A stretch of 64,000 bases of DNA from Candidatus Bathyarchaeota archaeon (GCA_963815095.1 CAWFFH010000003.1:1344001-1408000); one strand, 5' to 3'; numbered from the stretch's first letter, positions 9,473 through 20,354 are shown. A program made the numbers and translations. The notes: generated from the letters alone by a model not told the origin.

Positions 9473-10681
9473 ATGAGCCTGATTGTTCAGGGAATATCAC
9501 GAGTTTACTGCAAAGTAGCGTCTTTGAGAACTCGATGGAAACTCGTATTAATTGCACTCGTTGCCCTGCTTGTTTTTTTGCTCTCAAAAGGTCCTCCACC
9601 TGGGCAAAACCACTTTGTGTATTTGGCGGACGCTTTTCTCCATGGCAGATTAGGCGTGACCGGTGGAGGGACAGCGCTTGCTGAAATCGTGTCCTTTCAC
9701 GGTAACTTTTATGTTGTTTATCCACCGATGCCCGCGGTTCTTCTCTTGCCTTTCGTGGCACTTTTCGGCATATCCGTTGATCAAGGTTTAATGTCTATAT
9801 TTTTGGCATGCTTGTGTGTTGCAGCAACTTGGTTTATGCTTAAGAAAACAGGAGTAAAGGGAAACAAAGCGTTGTGGTTAACGGCATTGTTTGGTTTTGG
9901 AACGTGCTTCTGGTTCACCGCTGCTGTTGGCTCCTCATGGTACATTGAGCATGTCGTTGCTGTTCTTTTTCTCACTTTAGCCATAATTCTTGCGCTCTAC
10001 AAGAAAAGTCCGTTCCTCATTGGTTTGCTGTTAGGTTTTGCATTCTTTGCACGTCTGCCAGTTATCCTCTCCTTCCCATTTTTCCTACTGCTTTTTTATG
10101 AACAAAACAGCGTATGGAAGCCAAGGTTAAATCAAGCGGCCTATTTTCTGATCGGTTTAGGAATAATTGTGGGTGTGTATGAGTTGTATAATTTTGGGCG
10201 TTGGGGCGTCTTTTCCGACATCGGTTACAACATCATACCGGGTATTCAGCAGGATCCGTACTTCCAACAGGGCATCTTCAATATCGCCTATATTCCACGG
10301 CACATCTACGCAATCCTATTCCAAGGCCCCATACTTCTAAACCGCTTCCCCTACTTCGAACCAAACTGGATAGGCTTGGGATTGTTCTTTACTACTCCAG
10401 CATTCATCTACATCTTCAAAGGACCCTGGAACAGGCTCAGCAAATACGCAGCCTTAGCGGTAGCCTGCATCTTGCCCATCTTAATTACTCATGGTACAGT
10501 TGGTTTCACACAGTTCGGCTACCGCTTCAGCCTCGATTTTACCCCTTTCCTCATGTTGCTTGCGGCTAAAGGTATGAGGGAAAACTTGGGTTGGGAAGAA
10601 AAAACCCTGATAATGCTAAGCATTCTGGTAAACCTTTGGGGTGTTGTTTCGATAATTAAGTTTAATTTTGTAAGTTTCTAA
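9473..10681 (+). CDS. Polytopic membrane protein, probable GT-C-fold glycosyltransferase
   Basis: About 10 hydrophobic segments; YVVYPPMPAVLLLP and QFGYRFSLD motifs; probable start ATG 9473. Confidence 0.6.
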   Translation: MSLIVQGISRVYCKVASLRTRWKLVLIALVALLVFLLSKGPPPGQNHFVYLADAFLHGRLGVTGGGTALAEIVSFHGNFYVVYPPMPAVLLLPFVALFGISVDQGLMSIFLACLCVAATWFMLKKTGVKGNKALWLTALFGFGTCFWFTAAVGSSWYIEHVVAVLFLTLAIILALYKKSPFLIGLLLGFAFFARLPVILSFPFFLLLFYEQNSVWKPRLNQAAYFLIGLGIIVGVYELYNFGRWGVFSDIGYNIIPGIQQDPYFQQGIFNIAYIPRHIYAILFQGPILLNRFPYFEPNWIGLGLFFTTPAFIYIFKGPWNRLSKYAALAVACILPILITHGTVGFTQFGYRFSLDFTPFLMLLAAKGMRENLGWEEKTLIMLSILVNLWGVVSIIKFNFVSF

Positions 10682-10850
10682 TTTTTTTAGAGGCATTTTG
10701 TTCCTATTTGAAAGAAATATTTTTTCTTTTCACGCTTTATAATTTACAAAAGGTATTTAAATCTATAAATGACTAGAATAACACTGTTATTTAGTGGATT
10801 GTTTTGTGTTTTTCTACTAAATAACATATCAATAGGAGAAGAAAAATTAA

Positions 10851-13481
10851 ATGAAAACTCTAAAGAATAAATCATTAGCAATTTTGATTGCTATAATTTT
10901 AGTATCATCTAGCGCTTTTACACTTGTTTCTCTACCAACTGCCAAGGCACATACACCGCCCTGGTCAATTCAAACAACTGCTTACCTATCTGCTGAACCT
11001 AACCCCGTTGGTGTTGGTCAACAAATGGAAATTGTGATGGCACTCAACTGGGTATGGCCAGGAGCCCTCATACAAAACGACATCAGACCCCACAACTTCA
11101 CATTGACAATTACGAAACCTGACGGAAACACAGAAGTAAGCTCGTACGATCCTTATGACTCTGGATCTTCAAGATTTATTCTCTACACACCCAACCAAGT
11201 TGGCAACTACACCTTGAAGTTCGATTACCCAGGCGAAGTATACCATTATGCAAACTATGCAACAACACACCCCGGCATACCAACCAGCAGTTATTATGCA
11301 AATGATGCTTACGAAAACGACACTTTCCTAGGCTCCTCCGCATCTGCACAATTTACAGTGCAACAAGAACCCGTAGCGAAACTCCCATCTACTCCGCTTC
11401 CAACCGAATACTGGACACGCCCTGTATTTGGTGAAAACACTGCATGGCAACCCATTTTATCAAACTGGGTAGGTGGAGCACAAGTTGCAGATCGATGGCA
11501 AAAAGATGGCTCAGCACCTACAAGTGCACACATAATGTGGACACAACCAGCCAGACTCGGCGGAATACTCACAGGAACCTCTGACCCACAAGGGCAAGCC
11601 TACCTCGGGTTCTCATATGAAGATGCCTTCGGAAGCCCACTAATTATCGGCGGAATATTATTCTTTAAAGCACCATTGAACCATGCAGGAACTCAGGGAG
11701 ACTTTAAAGCATTAGATCTACGCACAGGCCAAACGCTCTGGACAAATCCAGCCTTAAACGGCATTAGCGCTACGCAACCTGTTAAAGGTCAACTCTTGGA
11801 TTTCCAGCAAGCTGATCAACATGGAATCACAGGCGGTTTACTATGGCAGGTCATTGGCTCTACATGGGTTGGCTATGACGTCTTCACCGGAAACTGGGTA
11901 TGTAACTTAACTGGTGTACCTTCAGGTACCGAAGTTTATACTCCAACTGGCGACATACTACGCTACACGCTAAGCTACAATGCAACCAAAGGTTCAGGTT
12001 ACTTAGCTTTATGGAATAATACACAAGCAATGACAAACGCACCTGCTAGCGCCGCAAGTTATGGAATCGGCCAACAAATCAGAATTAACGGACAAGTTAT
12101 TGATGCAAGCCAAAGCACAGGCGACCGCAACAGTTACACATGGAACGTTTCAATACCGACTTTACCAACAGGTACCCTGTCTAATCCTTCCATAGTTGGC
12201 ATCATCCCAGGCGACATGATATTAGCCACTACAAGCTCTATTGCGCTATCTGCAATTCCAGTAGTTCCAACAAATTCTTGGAACATGTTCGCCATAAGCG
12301 ATAAGCCAGACACAAGAGGCCAAATTCTATGGTCTAAAACCTATGATCCAGCTCCAAACAACTATACCATTATGTTAGCATGGTATCCAATCGATCCAAT
12401 CAACAAAGTTTGGACAATGACATATGCTGACTCAGGACAACGACTAGGCTTTAGCATGCTCGATGGGTCTCAACTTTGGGGTCCAGTAGGTATTCCAGAC
12501 AGCGACATTAATGGAGCCGGTTTACAATACTACAGCTCAAGAGAAGGCTCAGCAGCTTACGGCAACCTCTATGTCAGTGGTTATGGTGGACAAGTCATTG
12601 CCTACTCGATGCTAAACGGAACAACATTGTGGACATTCGACAGCATTAACAGCGGAACAGAAACGCCTTGGGGCAAATATCCAATCCACGTAGGCGCTTT
12701 TGCCGATGGAATGGTCTTTGCTTTCTCCGGCGAACATTCACCGAACACCCCGATCTACAAAGGATACAGAGTCTACGCACTTAATGCCACCACAGGCGAA
12801 CAAATATGGAATTTGCTTGACTGGTCAGCTTCAGGTCTAGGAACCTCACTTGCAAACACTGCAATCGCAGACGGTTACATGGCATTCCTAAACGGATACG
12901 ATGAACAAGTATACGTTGTAGGCAAAGGCCCAAGCGCAATGACAGTTTCAGCACCCGACATTGTTCCACAATTAGGTGCATCTATCACCATAAGAGGCAC
13001 AATCACAGACATTTCTGCAGGCACAAAACAAGAAGAGCAAGCAGCACGCTTCCCCAACGGAGTTCCAGTAGTCTCTGACGAAAGCCAAACTGACTGGATG
13101 CAATACGTCTACGAACAACAACCCTTGCCAATGACAACAGTCGGTGTTCCAATCACTTTGAGTGTTGTTGACGCAAACGGCAACTATAGAACAATTGGCT
13201 CCACCACAAGCAGCAACGGATTCTTCAGCTTTAACTGGAAACCAGACATAGTCGGCCCATACACAGTTTACGCATCATTCGCTGGTTCAGAATCTTACTA
13301 TTCATCAAGCGCAATGACTTCATTTAGCGTTGACCAAGCAGCAACACCAGCCCCAACAGCAGCACCTTTATCGGACGTTGCAACTAATGCGAACTTAATG
13401 ACCTTCATGGTAATTGGAGTAATCGCAATAATCATTGCAATCGCCATAGTCGGATTTTTAGTTCTCAGAAAAAGGGCCTAA
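10851..13481 (+). CDS. Large secreted surface protein with PQQ-like beta-propeller repeats and a C-terminal membrane anchor
   Basis: Signal peptide; ALDLRTGQTLW and ALNATTGEQIW repeats; C-terminal TM segment plus RKRA. Confidence 0.8.
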   Translation: MKTLKNKSLAILIAIILVSSSAFTLVSLPTAKAHTPPWSIQTTAYLSAEPNPVGVGQQMEIVMALNWVWPGALIQNDIRPHNFTLTITKPDGNTEVSSYDPYDSGSSRFILYTPNQVGNYTLKFDYPGEVYHYANYATTHPGIPTSSYYANDAYENDTFLGSSASAQFTVQQEPVAKLPSTPLPTEYWTRPVFGENTAWQPILSNWVGGAQVADRWQKDGSAPTSAHIMWTQPARLGGILTGTSDPQGQAYLGFSYEDAFGSPLIIGGILFFKAPLNHAGTQGDFKALDLRTGQTLWTNPALNGISATQPVKGQLLDFQQADQHGITGGLLWQVIGSTWVGYDVFTGNWVCNLTGVPSGTEVYTPTGDILRYTLSYNATKGSGYLALWNNTQAMTNAPASAASYGIGQQIRINGQVIDASQSTGDRNSYTWNVSIPTLPTGTLSNPSIVGIIPGDMILATTSSIALSAIPVVPTNSWNMFAISDKPDTRGQILWSKTYDPAPNNYTIMLAWYPIDPINKVWTMTYADSGQRLGFSMLDGSQLWGPVGIPDSDINGAGLQYYSSREGSAAYGNLYVSGYGGQVIAYSMLNGTTLWTFDSINSGTETPWGKYPIHVGAFADGMVFAFSGEHSPNTPIYKGYRVYALNATTGEQIWNLLDWSASGLGTSLANTAIADGYMAFLNGYDEQVYVVGKGPSAMTVSAPDIVPQLGASITIRGTITDISAGTKQEEQAARFPNGVPVVSDESQTDWMQYVYEQQPLPMTTVGVPITLSVVDANGNYRTIGSTTSSNGFFSFNWKPDIVGPYTVYASFAGSESYYSSSAMTSFSVDQAATPAPTAAPLSDVATNANLMTFMVIGVIAIIIAIAIVGFLVLRKRA

Positions 13482-13571
13482 ACTGACTACCAAAAACTAA
13501 ACCTCTTCCTTTTCTTTTTTTAATTTTTTAAAATTTTAAACATGAAATTACTTTTGGTTAATTAGTGGTGA

Positions 13572-13830
13572 TTGTTGTTGCAACCGTTGTGCAAAATTTA
13601 GTTGCAACAACAACAACTTCTATTACCAACGTTGATTTTCTTCCTTTTAACTTTGAAGTTGGAAGGTTAGGTTTTGTTAATTTAGTAGATGTAACTGTTG
13701 ATTTGCAGAATCGGGTTGCAGCAGCATCAGCAGCAACTTCTCTGGCTCCAAATGGCTCAGGTTAAGATTGTGATTTGGGTTAGTTTTTGATAGATGACAC
13801 TGCTGCTGTGCAAAATGGTTGTTGTATCAT
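13572..13830. repeat. Three degenerate ~45-bp units, the first containing a perfect 13-bp inverted repeat
   Basis: TTGTTGTTGCAAC (13572-13584) / GTTGCAACAACAA (13601-13613); related TGCAnAAT..GTTG cores near 13590, 13704 and 13809. Confidence 0.55.
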
Positions 13831-13977
13831 CATCACCTCATCATCTTCTCCTGGGTCATAATATCAATCTTGGATCTTTTGTCTTATTTATAGAAATCTT
13901 TGAAAGAAGAAGGAAATTTTCCTGTAGGGAAAGCCGTTTTTCTTCTTCTACAATCTGCAAAAAGTGATAAGACGAGC

Positions 13978-14034
13978 CACATTGCCTATAGGCGCCTGAA
14001 TTGTTGGGAAATCGTCTGGAACAACAATTGTTTT
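13978..14034 (-). pseudogene. Relic of a beta-helix (NosD-like) surface-protein gene
   Basis: Minus strand reads KTIVVPDDFPTIQAPIGNV, matching KAIIVPDDYPTISDAL of ORF 52106; no intact ORF around it. Confidence 0.55.
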
Positions 14035-14226
14035 GGTATGAGTATAATTATGGAGATGGGGATGGGTTTTGTTGAGTTACAATTTTTCTCTTCTTTAGAC
14101 TAAGAAAGTAATATTCGTAAGAAAGAGAGCGTGTTCCAACACGAGCTTAACGAGAAAATAGCGCTTGCTTCTTTGGCAAGTTTTAAAAGCTGATAACCAT
14201 AAAAATAGCAAGAAAGGTAATTCCGA

Positions 14227-15075
14227 ATGCAAAAACTAGAACTACAGGATCTTAGTGCAGGGTATGGTCTGGAAGAGGTAATTCACAAAATCAATCTTAA
14301 GCTGACTGTACCCTCGATCTACGTAGTGTTGGGGCCAAATGGCGCGGGAAAAACCACTCTTTTTAGGGCTATTTGTGGCATCTTGAAACCTTTTTCCGGT
14401 AATATCAAGCTAGACGAGGAGGATTTATTCAATTCAAAAGAAGCTAGGCGAAAGGTTGCCTACCTTTCTCACTTAAATGCCCTTCCAGAGGAAATGACAG
14501 TCTTCGATTGCTTGAAGTATTACGCTGATATCGAATCTGGAGATGTTGAGCGGGTCATTAATCTTTTAGACCTCGAAAATCTCCGAAATAAAAAATTTAT
14601 TTCTCTCTCACAGGGACAAAAAAAGAGAGTGTCCATTGGAAAAATCTTTCTTAGGGAAAGAGACCTGTACCTTCTAGACGAGCCTACCTCTAATGTGGAC
14701 CCAAAAATCTCCAAAGAAATAAGACAAATACTAACTGAGCTCAGCAAAGACAAGTTTGTTCTTTACTCATCCCATAATCTGTTTGAAGCAAGAGAAATAG
14801 GCACTTATCTAATTGTGATAAAGAATGGAACGTTATCCTATTTTGACAAAATAGAAAACGTAAAGACAAGACAGTACCGGGTAGGTTTCAAGTCACTAAA
14901 TGATATTTCAAAATTGCTTCCAAAATCCAAGCTTGAGAATGGATACTTTGTAATTACTGTGCAAAGCCCAGAGGAGGTAGCTGAGATTGTTAATAGAATT
15001 GTTGCAGAGGGCGCCAAAATCGTTGAACTGCGCGAACTAGACAATCCTTTGCAGGAGTTCTTTGAGGAGGGGTAA
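14227..15075 (+). CDS. ABC transporter ATP-binding protein (export type)
   Basis: GPNGAGKTT, LSQGQ signature, LLDEP. Confidence 0.92.
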   Translation: MQKLELQDLSAGYGLEEVIHKINLKLTVPSIYVVLGPNGAGKTTLFRAICGILKPFSGNIKLDEEDLFNSKEARRKVAYLSHLNALPEEMTVFDCLKYYADIESGDVERVINLLDLENLRNKKFISLSQGQKKRVSIGKIFLRERDLYLLDEPTSNVDPKISKEIRQILTELSKDKFVLYSSHNLFEAREIGTYLIVIKNGTLSYFDKIENVKTRQYRVGFKSLNDISKLLPKSKLENGYFVITVQSPEEVAEIVNRIVAEGAKIVELRELDNPLQEFFEEG

Positions 15076-15077
15076 AT

Positions 15078-15788
15078 GTGAGTTTTTGGAAAGTTACCAT
15101 GAAGAGAAGCACCCGCCTGAGTAGGAGTTATGCTATCATTGGTGCAATCACAACGATATACGGGGTGGTTCTCTCTAACCTCATGACGGTAATTCCATCA
15201 ATAATTCCTTCTGATATGAGCACCCCCATACCAATTGACTTGACAAGCAGTTTTCCGCTCCTTTCAGTTGCCTTGCTGTCTATGTCAGCTGTACTTTTTG
15301 CTTTGCCTGTAATTATGCTCTATGTGTATGACAAAAACAACGGCGTTTTGGAATATCTCCTTTCAACTGGTCTTGACCAGCTAGACATCTTCAAAGGGTA
15401 TGTAAAAGCCTCTTTAGTCCTAGCAACCTGCTTGTTGGTCTTTGCTATAACATTAAACACGGTTATCGGTATTTTGCTAGGAACCAGTTTTGTTATGCTG
15501 ACTACTATTGCAATTCTTACATTTGCAATCGGTATCTCAGAAGTATTTCTTGTGAGCGTGTGCATGGTAGCTTTTAGCTCTCTGCAGAGAACACCTATGG
15601 GAGCAAACCAGCCGTTAGGTGTTGTCATTGGCATTGTTCCAATGTTTCCCGCTTTGATATTGCCAGTTCTTTTTCCCCCTTATGCTGTAATAGTTGATTT
15701 AACGATTGCTGGAATTACCTTGCTTGCTTCGTCAGCACTATTACTCTCTACAAGTCGCCTAATTCGTAGGGAAAAACTACTGCCTTAA
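15078..15788 (+). CDS. ABC-2-type permease
   Basis: Six TM segments; DKNNGVLEYLLST motif; follows the ATPase. Confidence 0.75.
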   Translation: MSFWKVTMKRSTRLSRSYAIIGAITTIYGVVLSNLMTVIPSIIPSDMSTPIPIDLTSSFPLLSVALLSMSAVLFALPVIMLYVYDKNNGVLEYLLSTGLDQLDIFKGYVKASLVLATCLLVFAITLNTVIGILLGTSFVMLTTIAILTFAIGISEVFLVSVCMVAFSSLQRTPMGANQPLGVVIGIVPMFPALILPVLFPPYAVIVDLTIAGITLLASSALLLSTSRLIRREKLLP

Positions 15789-16292
15789 TTACAAACAAAG
15801 AATAATTCCCTATATTTTTTGGGAACTAAACGAGTCTTAGTTCAAGATATTTTGTACGTCTACAGAAGTTGTATAGCTTCTTGTCTTGGAATAGCGACCA
15901 TAGTCTCTGTTGCCACGATGTCCGCAAAGCCTAGATATTTTTCAAAAATGACTTTATGGGTAGAATGTTCACGTGACCCAGTTAACGTACGCTGTATTTT
16001 GGGAATTCCTGAGGTCTTCTCGGGATTGTTGTTGCAAGGTAACACCCACAAAATTATAATAATGAAAATCATCGATAACTTTTTGATGCGCAATGTGTAA
16101 CCTCCCAAATATGCAAGCCTCGGATCTCAAAGAACTCTCGCGACCGAATGAGGGTCATCCTGAGGTTGAATTTTTGATGCTTGCTTGTGAGTTGCTGGCA
16201 GAAGCCTGAAGCGAACTCCAAAGGGCTTCAGAATTTGTCTCATAGCGGACAGGTTAAATGAGCATAAAGGCCTTCCAAAAACTGTGGGATAA

Positions 16293-16396
16293 AGAGGAAG
16301 AAATGTTTTACGCGTTTAAGCTTTTCATCACAACAACTGAAAAACAAAATAATAAAATCAAATCTGATATGGTGCGGACAAAGAACTGGGGATGGG
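16293..16396. repeat. Degenerate direct repeat of the tRNA-Cys 3' end plus downstream flank (att-like); partner at 25171-25274
   Basis: Identical blocks TCATCACAACAA, CAAAATAATAAAATCAAATCT (21 bp) and CTGGGGATGGG at an almost constant offset of ~8878 bp. Confidence 0.75.
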
Positions 16397-16690
16397 CTTT
16401 TGATTGAAGTACGATTCCCTACCCCGCTTAGGCTTCAAAGGAAATGTTTGCATACATATTACCGATCCTCAAGCAGTTGGAGTGGCTTATAAAATTGGGC
16501 ATCATCCGCAAGTGAGTTGGATTTGAACCCGTCAGCCAGTGGAGAAATCACCTGCATCACCTCATTTTTTCTCAATTTTTCGTCAAGATAGTGTGAAACT
16601 TTCCATACAATTTCTCCCACAGGTTACACCCTAAATAACATATATAATTAGGAAGATTGTAAGGTGATTTTACGATATGGAGGATAGGGT

Positions 16691-17956
16691 TTGGCTTTAG
16701 ACCCAGTGCTGAGAGCAATAGTAACCATCTGTATTTTGGTTTTCTCAGCCAAGGTGCTGGGCGAAATTTTCTCATGGAGAAAAATCCCCTCAGTTCTGGG
16801 TGAATTGCTTGCGGGAATTCTACTTGGACCCTTCGCATTTGGCTCCATAATAGCAATAAACGGAACATCTCTAATTCAGATAAATGATGTTGTAAAAGCA
16901 TTCGGCGAAATAGGGGGCATACTCATCCTTTTCGTTGCAGGTTTAGAGATGACTTTTAGAGATTTCCGAAAAGTCGGCACGGCAGGTTTTACAATAGGAG
17001 CAATAGGTGTTATCGTTCCGTTCATAATGGGTTACGGACTTTCATTTGCCCTTGGATTAGACATTATAACAGGTTTGGTAGTTGGTTCAGCACTTGTTGC
17101 TACAAGCATCTCCATTACAGCTTTGGTTTTACAAGAAATAAATCAAAGCAGAAAAGCGGAATCAAGAATGATGATTAGCGCTGCTGTTGTAGATGATGTA
17201 TTGGGACTTGCAATTTTAGGTGTCATCGTTTCATTCATATCTACATCGGCTCCTATCACTCCAATAAGCGTGATTACCATAATTTTCACCTCTCTTGCCC
17301 TTTGGCTTACCCTGACAGTTTTCGCTGCTTTTATCCTTCCAAAAATTATTAATTTTTTCTCCAAAGGGACGGAAGCAACAACAGAGGCTGCAGCCACGGC
17401 ATCATGTTTTGGTGCATCAGCATTAGCGGCTGTTTTAGGATTATCGCCTATTGTGGGTGCATTTGCTGCAGGTATGGCTATAGCGAGCTCTCATGCAATT
17501 GAGAAAATACGTGATTACACCAAAAAGATAAGTATTATTTTTTCTCCAGTTTTCTTTGGATTAGCAGGTGCACAATTTGATATTAGAAGCTTTTTTACTT
17601 TAGATTGGTTCTTCTACGTTTTCTTTATCGCACTTGTTATTGTAGCCATAGTTAGCAAAATGGTGGGATGCGGGTTGCCAGCTATTTTCTTTTTGAAAGA
17701 CCGTTCTAAGGGAATCAAAGTTGGTTATGGGATGATTTCAAGAGGAGAGGTGGGACTTATTGTGGCTGGTGTTGCAATTTCAGCGGGTGCTATTTCTCAA
17801 AGCATTTATGCAGCAATCTTGGGGATGATTATGATTACGACTGTTTTGGCACCGCTACTTCTGAGGAGAGCCTACGATAAAGATCCTCCTGAAGAAGTAT
17901 TAACAGAAGACAAGACAAATGCCCCCGACTACATACCGACTTATCCACTTGACTAA
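16691..17956 (+). CDS. Cation:proton antiporter (CPA2, NapA/KefB-like)
   Basis: LFVAGLE, ATSISIT, AAVVDDVLG and GMISRGEVG. Confidence 0.9.
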   Translation: MALDPVLRAIVTICILVFSAKVLGEIFSWRKIPSVLGELLAGILLGPFAFGSIIAINGTSLIQINDVVKAFGEIGGILILFVAGLEMTFRDFRKVGTAGFTIGAIGVIVPFIMGYGLSFALGLDIITGLVVGSALVATSISITALVLQEINQSRKAESRMMISAAVVDDVLGLAILGVIVSFISTSAPITPISVITIIFTSLALWLTLTVFAAFILPKIINFFSKGTEATTEAAATASCFGASALAAVLGLSPIVGAFAAGMAIASSHAIEKIRDYTKKISIIFSPVFFGLAGAQFDIRSFFTLDWFFYVFFIALVIVAIVSKMVGCGLPAIFFLKDRSKGIKVGYGMISRGEVGLIVAGVAISAGAISQSIYAAILGMIMITTVLAPLLLRRAYDKDPPEEVLTEDKTNAPDYIPTYPLD

Positions 17957-18170
17957 AACTTCAAAAGTATAGTAGATCTACTAAAAGTACCTAACTTAAA
18001 CTTGGCTTAATAATTATAGAATGGTTTTTCTTCACAGAAATTGGAGGAACCGAACTCGAATTATGGATTGGGGGAAGGGCTTTTGAGTTGAAGTACGATT
18101 CCCGACCCCGTTTGGATTTCAAGGGAGTGGTTTAAGACTGGTCCAAAAAAGTACATATTCGCACAGCGTG

Positions 18171-18198
18171 TGGCGGGCCCGCTGGGTCTCAGACCCAA
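18171..18198 (-). pseudogene. tRNA 3'-half relic including CCA
   Basis: Reverse complement TTGGG-TCTGAGA-CCCAG-CGGGCCC-G-CCA corresponds to T-arm, acceptor strand, discriminator and CCA; no 5' half. Confidence 0.55.
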
Positions 18199-18493
18199 AT
18201 AGGTTCGGAACCCTCATGCTTGCAGCTTCTAATCGGTCGTTTATTGTTGATGTAACGTAGTCAGCTCAGTCTAGTTTATCTTTTAGCCGACCAAAATTTA
18301 GGCTGCTAAAGATTTCTATCGCTATTTGGTTTCTTTCTTTATCGTTTGCCATTTTTATTCACTTTCCTTTCTTGTGACAAACGAAAAAACGAGAAAAAGC
18401 TACCTGCTCCAATAGTTGCCTGAAGAAATATTTCGATTGCTTAAAAATTCTTTAGGTTGCTAAATTGAAGCCTTGGATAGCTGGTTTGTTGTA

Positions 18494-18658
18494 CTAGAGT
18501 TTTCTTTTGGCTTTGCCGATATCTTCTTGGATTTTTCCTTTAACTTTTTCGGCTTCGCCTTTAATTATTTGACCAGTGTTGCCAGTAACCTTGCCAGCTG
18601 CTACGCGGGTTTTGCCTTCTTCTTTTTTGAGCTTACCTTTAATTTCATCTTTACTCAT
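18494..18658 (-). CDS. CsbD-like general stress protein (54 aa; not in the ORF track)
   Basis: MSKDEIKGKLKKEEGKTRVAAGKVTGNTGQIIKGEAEKVKGKIQEDIGKAKRKL. Confidence 0.8.
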   Translation of the reverse strand: MSKDEIKGKLKKEEGKTRVAAGKVTGNTGQIIKGEAEKVKGKIQEDIGKAKRKL

Positions 18659-18878
18659 AAAATTCCACTAAAGACTGGTGACTCCGCGATTTTATTAAAC
18701 CTATGTGACTGCTATTAAGCACCAACAGGCAACAACCATTGCTTTAAGGGCATTATGTTACATTAAATGAAGCATTTGTTTTGTCAAGAACTATTATTAT
18801 TTTTGTAACTGTCGAGCCCCAACAACAAACTAATATACGGCAGTCTGGCGAAGGTTTAATGTACTAAGGCGACTATAA

Positions 18879-19268
18879 TTGAGTAAACCTCTTACAAATC
18901 AAGATGCTTCAAATATTTTGTCCAATGTTCCCGAGGAGAAGGCTTTCTATTTTTTTACCTCAGAGGGAGTTTACACAAAAGTTTCGGCAATTAGCCTCCC
19001 AGATTTTGCAGCCAAATTGGAAAGCGTAGACTCTGGTTCTATTTTGTTTCATTATCCACGGGGTGATTTCCAAGCTTGGATAAGAGATGTAGTAAAAGAC
19101 AATGTGTTGGCCGGGAGAATGTGTTTTATAGAGCGAGATCTTTCGGGAGAGAAGCTAAGGCAAGAATTGTTAAAAATAGTGCAAAAAAGAATAAATGAAC
19201 TCAAAGATACAAAACAAGAAGTATTCCCCCCCAGCCTTTGTAATAAGGATGGCTTGTGCCTGTCTTAA
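18879..19268 (+). CDS. Conserved archaeal protein (DUF5752-like)
   Basis: VPEEKAFYF...SILFHYPRGDFQAWIRDVVKD pattern. Confidence 0.65.
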   Translation: MSKPLTNQDASNILSNVPEEKAFYFFTSEGVYTKVSAISLPDFAAKLESVDSGSILFHYPRGDFQAWIRDVVKDNVLAGRMCFIERDLSGEKLRQELLKIVQKRINELKDTKQEVFPPSLCNKDGLCLS

Positions 19269-19395
19269 TACAAACAATCATTCAACAGGCACTTAGAAAA
19301 AGCTCACGCTAACAAATCTGTTAATTTGACAGATGTGATAAAAATTCGTAGCGACGCGACTCCTTAACAATTAAATTATCAATATATCGGTAACA

Positions 19396-20178
19396 TTAGA
19401 TCTTGGTTCTTTCTGTTATTTCGCTTCCCTCAAAGACAGACAATTTCGGTTTTCCACCGCTTATTTCTACCATCGTGTTATGGAGAGATGAATCAGTCAC
19501 CCAACAGCCAGTGTTCACAACGTTCTCAGCATCGTTTATGAAAGGGTGATGCGTGTGTCCAAAAACCAATATTTCATCCTCCTTGATTTTGGACGATGCA
19601 ATATGCTCTATATCTTTCAGAATATCGGATAATCGTTTTTCCGGGGGCTTCGTTACTCCGCCGAAGAGGTCTTCAAAGTTCTCTATCGGGTCGTACATAA
19701 CATGGCATAGGGCTTCCATTATTGCAGTTTTCTGGTGGGGATCAAACTCGAGACCGTGGCATATCACGTAGGTGTATTTTCCATCTGTGAATTTCAAGTC
19801 TTTCGCAAAACTGAAAGGGTAAGAATGATTCCGCATTTGGAGGACATGGTAGTCATGGTTTCCCGCGACGTAATGTACCCTCATTTTCTACTTCAAATTG
19901 ATAATCTTCTGTACGATGTCCCAGTTTTCCAGAAACACTCCAGCGGCGTCACGTCTCCACATATCTACGATATCTCCAAGCAGCACTAAGTCGGTGGTCT
20001 CCGTATCATCCTGCAGGCTGTCGAGAAAACGGTTAAACGCGTCTTTATCCGCGTTTTTGTAGCCAAGATGGATGTCTGATACTATTTTTAGTTTCAGATG
20101 CTGCCCATTATTGGCTGAAATTGTGTTGCCCTGTTTTTCACTCGTTTTACCGATATTAAACATTGGTGAAATCGTCAT
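19396..20178 (-). pseudogene. Calcineurin-like metallophosphoesterase interrupted by an in-frame TAG (pseudogene or readthrough)
   Basis: SDIHLG and LGDIVD lie upstream, GNHD/HG/GHTH downstream; both halves share one frame: IINLK-TAG(19888-19890)-KMRVHYVAGNHD. Confidence 0.8.
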
Positions 20179-20354
20179 TAACTTTACCTCAAAAATGAAA
20201 CTGCATAAAAACTTTGTCGGAAGGTCTATTTTAGGCTACTTGTCGATACTTAAAATGATATCCTTAATCCTTGCCATCTCGCAAACGTTATTTTGGTGTT
20301 CATTAAAAAAGTTGGGAGGCAGCTTTTTGCGCTGCTTATGTTTCTTTGTTGATG

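Noticed and set aside
13700-13745. TGC TGC TGA TGC TGC TGC as a possible selenocysteine-containing peptide
   Set aside because: No start/RBS in that frame, nearby stops, and no SECIS evidence visible
15819-16250. Overlapping short ORFs or a possible decayed gene beyond the att-like repeat
   Set aside because: No recognisable motif, so a product cannot be assigned
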